A stretch of 32,305 bases of DNA, taken from positions 1 to 32,305 of IMG/VR virus record IMGVR_UViG_3300031605_000016. One strand, given 5' to 3'. Source of the stretch: a virus. Lineage: Duplodnaviria > Caudoviricetes. This document shows positions 25,343 through 32,305 of the stretch, piece by piece. Under the pieces are notes generated by a model. It saw only the letters and a list, made by a program, of their open reading frames with translations, ran no database searches and had not been told where the DNA came from. Within the stretch, counting starts at the first letter, position 1, and each line of letters starts with the position of its first letter. A program made the translations under genes and the position numbers.

Positions 25343-25780
25343 CAAAATCAAATTACAGCACCTAAGCTCAAAGTAGACAATACCACTTTAAATACAGGCG
25401 CTGCTGTCACCACTACCTTGACAGCCGCACAGGGTGGGACACATTTCAATATTGATGGCACAGGCGATATTATAGTAAATATGCCAGCACTAAGTGCTAG
25501 CAATGTGGGTCTTCATTATTCGTTTCTGGTAACTACTGCTGTCGGAGGTGGCAAGACAGTTACATTCGTCCATCCCACAGGAGGTGATTGGGCTGGGCAA
25601 ATATTTTTGTATGGGGGCGCGTCGTATCCAACCTCTGATATCCTTGGAAACACCATAACATTAATTGCATCTACCGCCGCAAACGCGAGGGTATCGATGA
25701 TGTGTGTTGTTGATACTGGTACCACCGCAATTTGGCAGTGCACAATTAGTGCAGATCTACTTGCTACAATTGCCAATTAG
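25289..25780 (+). CDS. Putative head decoration/fibre protein, cassette 2
   Basis: True start is the ATG at 25289, after AAGGAGA as in cassette 1; same first 18 aa, divergent body. Confidence 0.7.
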   Translation: MGTKRVGWARIRSLINENQNQITAPKLKVDNTTLNTGAAVTTTLTAAQGGTHFNIDGTGDIIVNMPALSASNVGLHYSFLVTTAVGGGKTVTFVHPTGGDWAGQIFLYGGASYPTSDILGNTITLIASTAANARVSMMCVVDTGTTAIWQCTISADLLATIAN

Positions 25781-25808
25781 ACACTTATAATTAAAATCTA
25801 TATTTTAC

Positions 25809-25838
25809 CCCCTTCCGAAGAAGGGGATTTTTTGTTTT
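25809..25838 (+). terminator. Intrinsic terminator
   Basis: CCCCTTC-CGAA-GAAGGGG followed by ATTTTTTGTTTT. Confidence 0.8.
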
Positions 25839-25860
25839 GGAAATAAAGTGTAAAAGTGCC

Positions 25861-25898
25861 GATCTGTCAAAAAATACCGCCCCCACTTTTTTGAGATT
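25861..25898. repeat. Intergenic repeat, long copy with an internal inverted repeat
   Basis: GATCTG-TCAAAAAA-TACCGCCCCCAC-TTTTTTGA-GATT. Confidence 0.75.
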
Positions 25899-25918
25899 TT
25901 CGTTTTTGCAAAATACAT

Positions 25919-25926
25919 ACTATTTA
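25919..25926 (+). promoter_or_regulatory. Putative late promoter motif ACTATTTA
   Basis: Recurring motif, about 27 nt before the ATG at 25953. Confidence 0.6.
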
Positions 25927-25952
25927 CTTTACACACCATAACAGGAGTTGAT

Positions 25953-26246
25953 ATGGGTAAAAAACGAAGATTAAAAAGTGCTAAAGCTAAATTTGGTGCC
26001 AAACACTCAAAACATCCCAGAATGGCGATGTTGAACAAATTAGCATCTGAAAGTGTTTCTGAAAAAGTAGAAACCACACCAATAACAGAACAAGAAACCA
26101 AAATAATCGATATTCCGAAAGTAACCCCACCCCAAGTCGAACTAAAAAAGGCTACTCCGCCCACACCCAAGAGAACCACTCGCAAGGCACCTAAGAAGCG
26201 CCGCAGCAGAGCCAAAAAGAAGAAAGTAGTGGAGGCAGCAGTCTAA
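25953..26246 (+). CDS. Small Lys/Arg-rich protein, possibly nucleic-acid binding
   Basis: AGGAG RBS; basic N- and C-termini with a Thr/Pro/Glu-rich middle. Confidence 0.7.
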   Translation: MGKKRRLKSAKAKFGAKHSKHPRMAMLNKLASESVSEKVETTPITEQETKIIDIPKVTPPQVELKKATPPTPKRTTRKAPKKRRSRAKKKKVVEAAV

Positions 26247-26297
26247 ATTTTCTTTACATTATAGCCTCTGCTATGGATGGGTTTTGCGTTATAAATC

Positions 26298-26305
26298 ACT
26301 AATTA
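26298..26305 (+). promoter_or_regulatory. Putative late promoter motif ACTAATTA
   Basis: Recurring motif, about 26 nt before the ATG at 26331. Confidence 0.6.
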
Positions 26306-26330
26306 TTGAAAGAGGAAAGGATATAATTTT

Positions 26331-27608
26331 ATGCCAACACAATTAGCCCCCAAATCGCAAACTAGCACTGTTGTACTTACTTCTACCGGCTCTGCCGCTC
26401 TTGTGGCAACAACGCTGCCTTATGGCGTGTATACGGGGTCTGTGGATTTCCTTACCGGCGCGTCACTTCAAGTAAATTACGTATTTAAGAAGTTAGGTGG
26501 CGATGTAGTTGATATTGAGCTTACACCAGGCAATGTTTATTCTGCATATGAAGAAGCGTGTTTAGAATACTCTTATATAATCAATATGCACCAGGCAGAA
26601 AATATAATTTCTTCTGTTTTGGGCAATTCGACAGGTTCTTATAATTCTCTAGGAGAGCGAATAGATGGGCCAGTTGGCGTCAATCTTAAATTTCCGAAAT
26701 TTCAAGTTGTACAGGCTCGAAAAATAGGGGATGCCGCAGCAACTGCTGGTGGTTTTGGTGGTGCTACGCCGATCTATTCTGCGTCTTTCCTAACTGGACA
26801 AAATCAGCAAGATTATGATCTGCAAGCCATTATTGAAGCCGCATCCACCAGTGGCACAGACGAAAGCGGAACAGCCGTTCTTTATGCTGGACTTGTCGGC
26901 GATAATCGAGTAATAATCTCCAGAGTGTTCTTTAAATCTCCCCTCGCAATGTGGCGCTTCTATGGTTATTATGGCGGCATCGGCGTGGTGGGTAATAATT
27001 CGACATATGGACAGTTTTCTGATGATTCTACTTTTGAAATTATACCAACATGGCAAAACAAACTGCAAGCAATTATGTATGAGGATTCGCTTACTACGCG
27101 CACTTCAAACTATTCATACGAAATTAAAAATAACAAATTGAGATTATTTCCAGCACCTCGATCCACCTACGCTGGCGGTTTTAACCAAGAAATATGGGTT
27201 AATTTTTATATTGACAATGAAGATGCTTGGGCTTTGAATCCAGAATTTACTGATGGCCGAGAAGGCATCAATAATATGAATACCCTACCTTTTGATAATA
27301 TTCCTTATGTCAATATCAATTCAATTGGAAAACAATGGATCCGAAAATACGCTTTAGCCCTCTGTAAAGAGATGCTGGGACAAATTCGTGGTAAATTCAC
27401 CACAATGCCAATTCCAGGCGAGAGTGTAACTTTGAATCATAGCGAATTATTATCGCAAGCTAAAGAAGAACAACAGCAATTAAAAGAGAAACTGAGAGAA
27501 ATCTTGGATAAGATGACGTATAGTGAGTTAGCGAAGAAGGATGCAGAAGTTGTTGAAGCCGCAGCAAACACACTTAAGGCTACACCGCTTCCCATCTTCG
27601 TGGGGTAA
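26331..27608 (+). CDS. Neck/head-tail adaptor protein (T4 gp13-like)
   Basis: KKLGGDVVDIELT at the N-terminus; WIRKYALALCKEMLGQIRGKF...IPG..VTLN and PLPIFVG at the C-terminus; gene order. Confidence 0.8.
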   Translation: MPTQLAPKSQTSTVVLTSTGSAALVATTLPYGVYTGSVDFLTGASLQVNYVFKKLGGDVVDIELTPGNVYSAYEEACLEYSYIINMHQAENIISSVLGNSTGSYNSLGERIDGPVGVNLKFPKFQVVQARKIGDAAATAGGFGGATPIYSASFLTGQNQQDYDLQAIIEAASTSGTDESGTAVLYAGLVGDNRVIISRVFFKSPLAMWRFYGYYGGIGVVGNNSTYGQFSDDSTFEIIPTWQNKLQAIMYEDSLTTRTSNYSYEIKNNKLRLFPAPRSTYAGGFNQEIWVNFYIDNEDAWALNPEFTDGREGINNMNTLPFDNIPYVNINSIGKQWIRKYALALCKEMLGQIRGKFTTMPIPGESVTLNHSELLSQAKEEQQQLKEKLREILDKMTYSELAKKDAEVVEAAANTLKATPLPIFVG

Positions 27609-27614
27609 ATATAA

Positions 27615-28109
27615 ATGAGTAATGATAATAAATGGTCTCGCCCAGATGCCCCACCACCACCACTTTTCTTTGGAGAGAAAGAAAGAAACTTAGTTAAGCA
27701 AGTCAATGACGAACTCATTGAAAAAGTCATTGGTCAGCAAATATTATATTATCCCATTGATATGGAACGCACGGATTTCCACCCAATCTATGGAGAAGCA
27801 ATAGAAAAAACATTCTTGTCTCCTGTTCGTATTTATGCTTTGGTGGAATTCACAGATTTTTCTACTGATTATTTGGAAAATGCTGGTATTGATAAAACGT
27901 GGGAAATTAATGTTCACTTTCACAAGCGCCGTCTAGAAGAAGATCAAAACATGTATATACGTGAAGGTGATTTTGTTCTATATGGCGATAATTATTATGA
28001 GATTGTAAAACTTGTAGAATCTAAACTATTGTTTGGACAAATTGATCATTCATTTGAGATTTCCGCAAGATGCCGCAGAGCCCGCAAAGGTCTATTCGAT
28101 GCTGCCTAA
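27615..28109 (+). CDS. Neck/head-closure protein (T4 gp14-like)
   Basis: ELIEKVIGQQILYY, IYGEA and EGDFV....YYEI pattern; position after the gp13-like gene. Confidence 0.7.
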   Translation: MSNDNKWSRPDAPPPPLFFGEKERNLVKQVNDELIEKVIGQQILYYPIDMERTDFHPIYGEAIEKTFLSPVRIYALVEFTDFSTDYLENAGIDKTWEINVHFHKRRLEEDQNMYIREGDFVLYGDNYYEIVKLVESKLLFGQIDHSFEISARCRRARKGLFDAA

Positions 28110-28983
28110 AAACTTTAATTTTGCTATGATCCCGCCTGGAACCGAACTCAAACTTAGTGAGATCGGAATGTTGTCTTCAGATATAGAGACAATTGATACA
28201 GCATTTGTTGAATGGATCACAGAAGATTTAGGATTATCAGCCATAACTAACGAAGGACGAAAAAGAGTTCCAGTTTTATGGCAAGCACCCGAACGTGCTT
28301 ATCAGGTAAAACATAATAAAAGCCTTCGTGATGATAGTGGAGCGTTGAAGTTACCTATTATTGGCGTTACGAGAACAAACACAACAAAAGACCCCGCTAG
28401 AAAAGGTGGTTTCCAGGCTCAAATTTATTCGAACAAGAAAAATGGACGTACTGGCCGAATGGTCATTGCTCGACAAATAGTTCAAGATAAAACTCGGAAT
28501 TATGCTGTTGTGGGTAATACCCGTCTCGCCGGCGATACCGGAGGAGAGTATCAACGATATTTCCCGAGAGAAAACAAAAAGATCGTAATCAGAACTTTGT
28601 CTATTCCTATTCCAATCTACATTAATGTAGAATATAAAATTACGATCAAAACAGAATACCAACAACAAATGAACGAATTAATACAGCCCTTTATGACACG
28701 CACTGGGCAATTAAATGCATTTATTTTAAAGAAAAATGGACATCTGTATGAGGGGTTCATCGATCAAGGTTTTACTAATAATGATAATGCTGCCAATTTA
28801 GGCGAAGATTTGAGAATGTTCTCGTCTGAAGTCTCTGTTCGCATATTGGGTTATCTTATTGGTGAAGGCGAAAATGATGATCGTCCTATAGTCACTGTGG
28901 AAGAAAACTTTGTTGAGATCGCGTGGCCACAAGAAGGATTGGCAATGGAAGGGCCTGACGGTTTTTATATGATCAGTTCCTGA
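28099..28983 (+). CDS. Tail completion/terminator protein (T4 gp15-like)
   Basis: Likely start is the ATG at 28099; VPVLWQAPER, LPIIGVTR and PIYINVEYKITI..EYQQQMNELI; position before the sheath gene. Confidence 0.65.
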   Translation: MLPKNFNFAMIPPGTELKLSEIGMLSSDIETIDTAFVEWITEDLGLSAITNEGRKRVPVLWQAPERAYQVKHNKSLRDDSGALKLPIIGVTRTNTTKDPARKGGFQAQIYSNKKNGRTGRMVIARQIVQDKTRNYAVVGNTRLAGDTGGEYQRYFPRENKKIVIRTLSIPIPIYINVEYKITIKTEYQQQMNELIQPFMTRTGQLNAFILKKNGHLYEGFIDQGFTNNDNAANLGEDLRMFSSEVSVRILGYLIGEGENDDRPIVTVEENFVEIAWPQEGLAMEGPDGFYMISS

Positions 28984-29034
28984 CCTCAAAGTTGTATTTT
29001 ATTCAAATTCTTAAAGACTTTTGAAATCCAAAAT

Positions 29035-29042
29035 ACTATTTA
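29035..29042 (+). promoter_or_regulatory. Putative late promoter motif ACTATTTA (sheath)
   Basis: Recurring motif in the gap upstream of the sheath gene. Confidence 0.6.
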
Positions 29043-29093
29043 AAGTATGATTGCGACACCAATTCAATCTATTTTTAAAGAGAGGAACCAAGA

Positions 29094-32093
29094 ATGTCAG
29101 TAAAGAATTTCAAATTTGTATCTCCTGGGGTGTTTATCAACGAGATTGATAACTCTTATACTCCCAAACAGGCTGAGGCCATCGGTCCAGTTGTGATTGG
29201 ACGTTCCAGTAGAGGACTTGCTCTTACTCCAGTGAAGGTACAATCTTATTCTGAGTTTGTTCAGATGTTCGGCGAAACGGTTCCTGGCGGCGCTGGTGGC
29301 GATGTATGGCGTGATGGTAACTATCAATCGCCAATGTACGGAACTTTTGCTGCCAAAGCCTTTTTAAACGCGAATGTGGCTCCTCTCACATATGTGCGCT
29401 TATTAGGAGAAGACGATCCGCAGGCAACTGGTGCTGGTGTCGCAGGATGGCAAACAACCAAAGGACTCGAAGCAGATTGGGTTGATAACGGCGGCGCAGT
29501 TGGACTTTGGCTCTTTAGAAGTTCTTCGATTTTGAGAACCGACAAAGGCGCCGGGGTGAATGCGGGGTTCAGCTTTGATATTGGCACCGGCAGACTGGCA
29601 GCAATCTTTTATCAAAATACGTCCGCCTCGGTGTGGGTTACTGGTTCTTACTTAGGAACTGGATCGACAGCCGGCCTTGCGGCAGCTTTTACAGTGCCAT
29701 CATGTGTTGCAGTCGGCGATGACGCCAAAAGATTGAAGTACGGCGCCGTGGTCATGAGTGACAGTGATGGTGTCTTAGAGATGTATATATCTGGCGGCGC
29801 TAATACCGATAACACAACTGTTAAATTTACATTTGATGATTCGTTAGAAAGTTTTGCTCGAAAGAAATTTAACACTAATCCGGCATTAGTTTCGGATAAA
29901 ACTACATTCTACAACGCCGCTAGCCATCAGGGCTATTGGCTGGGGCAAACTTTTGAACAAGAATTGCGAGATCACAAATTAATCGGCACAAAGGTTGCTG
30001 CGGTTATGCTGCCCATCGTTCAGCAGGGTTCTACGACTGCCGGCCCTGGCTCGTTGCGACAGGCAACCAAGGAAGGTAAGACAGGTTGGTATATTGGTCA
30101 GCAGATCGCTGGACTTTCGGGAAGCTTCTCTCCACAAGGAATGCAGCAGCTTTTCCGCCTCCACGGTCGCGGACATGGCGAGTGGTTACAGCGTAATTGT
30201 AAAGTTTCTATTGCTAACATTCGCAAGTCCTATACATCTACTTCAGATTATGGCACATTTAGTATTATTATTCGTAATATTGGCGATAGCGATAATGCTG
30301 TCCAAGTGATGGAGCGATTTGACAACTGTACCCTCGATCCCACAGCAGTTAACTTCATTGCTCGTAAGATTGGTGACAAGTATACACAGTGGGACACCAC
30401 CGCCCGCCGACTTAAGACATATGGCGACTACGACAATCAGTCTAAATTTATTCGAGTTGAAATGAAAGAGGAAGTTGAAGCTGGCGCCTCAGACCCAACA
30501 CTGCTTCCTTTCGGCTATTACGGACCCCCCCGCTTTAGCAGCTTTACGGTAACAGGAAGTTGGCAGGATAGTACATTGAGCAACGCATATGTCAATGCTC
30601 CCACATATTATGGTGGAGTTCTGAGTGTCACAGCATCCGTCTTATGGGGTGATGGTTATCAGTTTATGCTCTCGGCCACCGAGCGCATGGGCGGAACAAC
30701 AGGTTCTTTCACATTCCCCTCTGTTCGCCTTCGCGCTTCCGCATCGGATGGTGGCGTTGAGCCTACAAAGGCATATTTTGGAATGGACGTGGCAAGAACA
30801 TCTTCTTCCACACGTTATGATGCTAGTGTTCCTGATTTCCACACGCTTCTTTACGGGGGCTATACTGGTGGCGGCGATAACGGAACGGCTGCAGACGGTG
30901 TTGACGACTTTGGCTATATCTTTTCCATGAATGATGTTCAGCAAGATCCCACAACTAGTGTGTACCATTGGCTCTCCGGATCTCGCGCTGGCACACCCTA
31001 CGCTGGACTTGCCAAAACTTACACCGCGTTGCTCGATGCTGGTTATGACAGTTTTACAGCACCTTTCTTTGGCGGATTTGATGGCTTTGATATTAAAGTC
31101 CCCGATCCAGTCTACAATAAGGGTATTCCAGGTGCTGGCGGCTCTGGCACGGGAACAGCTACTAATATTAATAGCTCCACTTATTATACCATTAAGCGCG
31201 CAATTGATACTGTTGCAGACCCCGAAGCCTTGAATATGAATCTTCTCACGATGCCAGGGCTTACTCACGAAGGCTTGACCCAACATATGGTCGACACATG
31301 CGAAGGTCGCGCTGACGCGATGGCACTTATTGATCTGCCGGATGTTTATACACCACCAGCCGAAGCCTATAAAGCCACTAAGGCAGACCGGGTTACAACG
31401 ACACCAGACGCTGCTGCAACAGCACTTAGAAATAGAGGAATTGATTCGAGTTATGCTGCTACTTTTTATCCGTGGGTTCAAATTCGCGATGATGCAACGG
31501 GTCGCCTCCTTTGGGCTCCCCCAAGCGTAGCGATGATGGGAGTTCTTGCTAGTTCTGAGCGCAGTACCGCCATTTGGTTCGCTCCAGCCGGTTTTAATCG
31601 CGGCGGATTATCTGATGGTGCAGCCGGTATCCCGGTCACATCGGTTTCCGAGCGTTTGACAAGCAAGCAGCGCGACACTTTGTATGATTCTAGAATCAAT
31701 CCAATCGCCGCCTTCCCTTCCAGTGGACTTGTGGTGTTTGGACAGAAGACTCTACAGCAGCGGCAGTCCGCCTTAGATCGGATTAATGTTCGAAGGCTTG
31801 TTATCTATCTTAAAAAGCAGATTTCGATCCTCTCGACGAGAGTGTTGTTTGAACAGAATGTCCAGGCTACTTGGAATCGCTTCACAGGGCTTATTGAGCC
31901 ACTGTTAGCCAATGTTAAAACTCAGTTTGGTATCACCGACTATCGTTTGATTCTCGATGAAACCACAACTACCCCTGACTTGATTGATCAGAACATCCTG
32001 TATGCTAAGATCATGGTTAAGCCGGCTCGCGCCATTGAATACATCGCCATCGACTTTGTAATTATGAATTCCGGCGCTTCTTTCGATGACTAA
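29094..32093 (+). CDS. gp18: Contractile tail sheath protein (T4 gp18-like), enlarged
   Basis: FVSPGVFINEID, YAATFYPWV, WFAPAGFNRG, LYDSRINPI, FGQKTLQ, ALDRINVRRL, FEQN and PARAIEYIAIDF. Confidence 0.95.
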   Translation: MSVKNFKFVSPGVFINEIDNSYTPKQAEAIGPVVIGRSSRGLALTPVKVQSYSEFVQMFGETVPGGAGGDVWRDGNYQSPMYGTFAAKAFLNANVAPLTYVRLLGEDDPQATGAGVAGWQTTKGLEADWVDNGGAVGLWLFRSSSILRTDKGAGVNAGFSFDIGTGRLAAIFYQNTSASVWVTGSYLGTGSTAGLAAAFTVPSCVAVGDDAKRLKYGAVVMSDSDGVLEMYISGGANTDNTTVKFTFDDSLESFARKKFNTNPALVSDKTTFYNAASHQGYWLGQTFEQELRDHKLIGTKVAAVMLPIVQQGSTTAGPGSLRQATKEGKTGWYIGQQIAGLSGSFSPQGMQQLFRLHGRGHGEWLQRNCKVSIANIRKSYTSTSDYGTFSIIIRNIGDSDNAVQVMERFDNCTLDPTAVNFIARKIGDKYTQWDTTARRLKTYGDYDNQSKFIRVEMKEEVEAGASDPTLLPFGYYGPPRFSSFTVTGSWQDSTLSNAYVNAPTYYGGVLSVTASVLWGDGYQFMLSATERMGGTTGSFTFPSVRLRASASDGGVEPTKAYFGMDVARTSSSTRYDASVPDFHTLLYGGYTGGGDNGTAADGVDDFGYIFSMNDVQQDPTTSVYHWLSGSRAGTPYAGLAKTYTALLDAGYDSFTAPFFGGFDGFDIKVPDPVYNKGIPGAGGSGTGTATNINSSTYYTIKRAIDTVADPEALNMNLLTMPGLTHEGLTQHMVDTCEGRADAMALIDLPDVYTPPAEAYKATKADRVTTTPDAAATALRNRGIDSSYAATFYPWVQIRDDATGRLLWAPPSVAMMGVLASSERSTAIWFAPAGFNRGGLSDGAAGIPVTSVSERLTSKQRDTLYDSRINPIAAFPSSGLVVFGQKTLQQRQSALDRINVRRLVIYLKKQISILSTRVLFEQNVQATWNRFTGLIEPLLANVKTQFGITDYRLILDETTTTPDLIDQNILYAKIMVKPARAIEYIAIDFVIMNSGASFDD

Positions 32094-32118
32094 AAAGTGC
32101 GCATTTTCCCGCGCCAAC

Positions 32119-32126
32119 ACTAATTA
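32119..32126 (+). promoter_or_regulatory. Putative late promoter motif ACTAATTA (tube)
   Basis: Recurring motif, about 28 nt before the ATG at 32154. Confidence 0.6.
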
Positions 32127-32153
32127 AATTAGAATAATAGGAGTAACTTAATT

Positions 32154-32305
32154 ATGGCATTCTGGTCCGACAACTTTGCAGGTGAAACCGCACTTAAAGA
32201 TCCAAAGAGAAAATTTAGATTTAGAGTTGAATTTGGTGGAATTAGCGGAGGTGCCACTGGAGGTGCCACCCTTTGGTATGCCAAGACTGCTTCAAAACCT
32301 AGTTT
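32154..32305 (+). CDS. Tail tube protein (T4 gp19-like), 5' part, truncated by the window edge
   Basis: AGGAG RBS; MAFWSDNFAGETALKDPKRKFRFRVEF...WYAKTASKPSF; directly follows the sheath gene. Confidence 0.75.
   Translation, partial: MAFWSDNFAGETALKDPKRKFRFRVEFGGISGGATGGATLWYAKTASKPS

Noticed and set aside
3329-28098. Longest-ORF starts at 3329, 5697, 14197, 15878, 25262 and 28033
   Set aside because: Downstream ATGs (3377, 5745, 14212, 15893, 25289, 28099) have better RBS, overlap or paralog support.
30642-31481. 279-aa antisense ORF inside the sheath gene, and the other minus-strand ORFs in the track
   Set aside because: All lie opposite well-supported + strand genes and have shadow-like composition.
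1-32305. Stop-codon reassignment, introns or inteins in core genes, tRNA or rRNA genes
   Set aside because: TAA, TAG and TGA all end genes at expected lengths; terminase, portal, protease, capsid and sheath are uninterrupted; no cloverleaf or rRNA-like segment was seen in the short intergenic gaps (by eye only).
29094-32305. Sheath and tube as a bacterial contractile injection system or tailocin
   Set aside because: A complete head and packaging module (terminase, portal, protease, capsid) is present, which indicates a phage.

Overview
This window is part of the genome of a large, probably uncultured, T4-related myovirus (large/jumbo phage). Genes are densely packed, all on the + strand, and read in the standard code. 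In order it carries: a sigma70-type promoter; a single-polypeptide Mre11(SbcD/gp47)-Rad50(SbcC/gp46) fusion; a tubulin/FtsZ-superfamily GTPase; a putative lysis-like trio of membrane proteins; large terminase; portal; prohead protease; a phage-encoded ribosomal protein bS21; four paralogous fibre-like proteins; scaffold; major capsid protein; two tandem cassettes with a constant start and a variable body; neck and tail-completion proteins; tail sheath; and the start of the tail tube. The main unexplained patterns are: (i) short shared terminal tags (MKITKxQLxxIIxEE, KLxExW, RWQ/RMRxLAGIK) plus L/I-x-E protease-type sites on otherwise unrelated proteins, which suggests a modular system for loading cargo into the capsid; (ii) a recurring upstream motif ACTA(T/A/C)TTA that looks like a non-T4 late promoter; (iii) two self-contained cassettes after the capsid gene that share a 69-bp near-identical head; (iv) tubulin and bS21 in a phage whose expression signals point to a host using Shine-Dalgarno sequences and sigma70; and (v) small, translationally coupled ORFs missing from the ORF track. 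All calls come from reading motifs by eye; no database searches were run.
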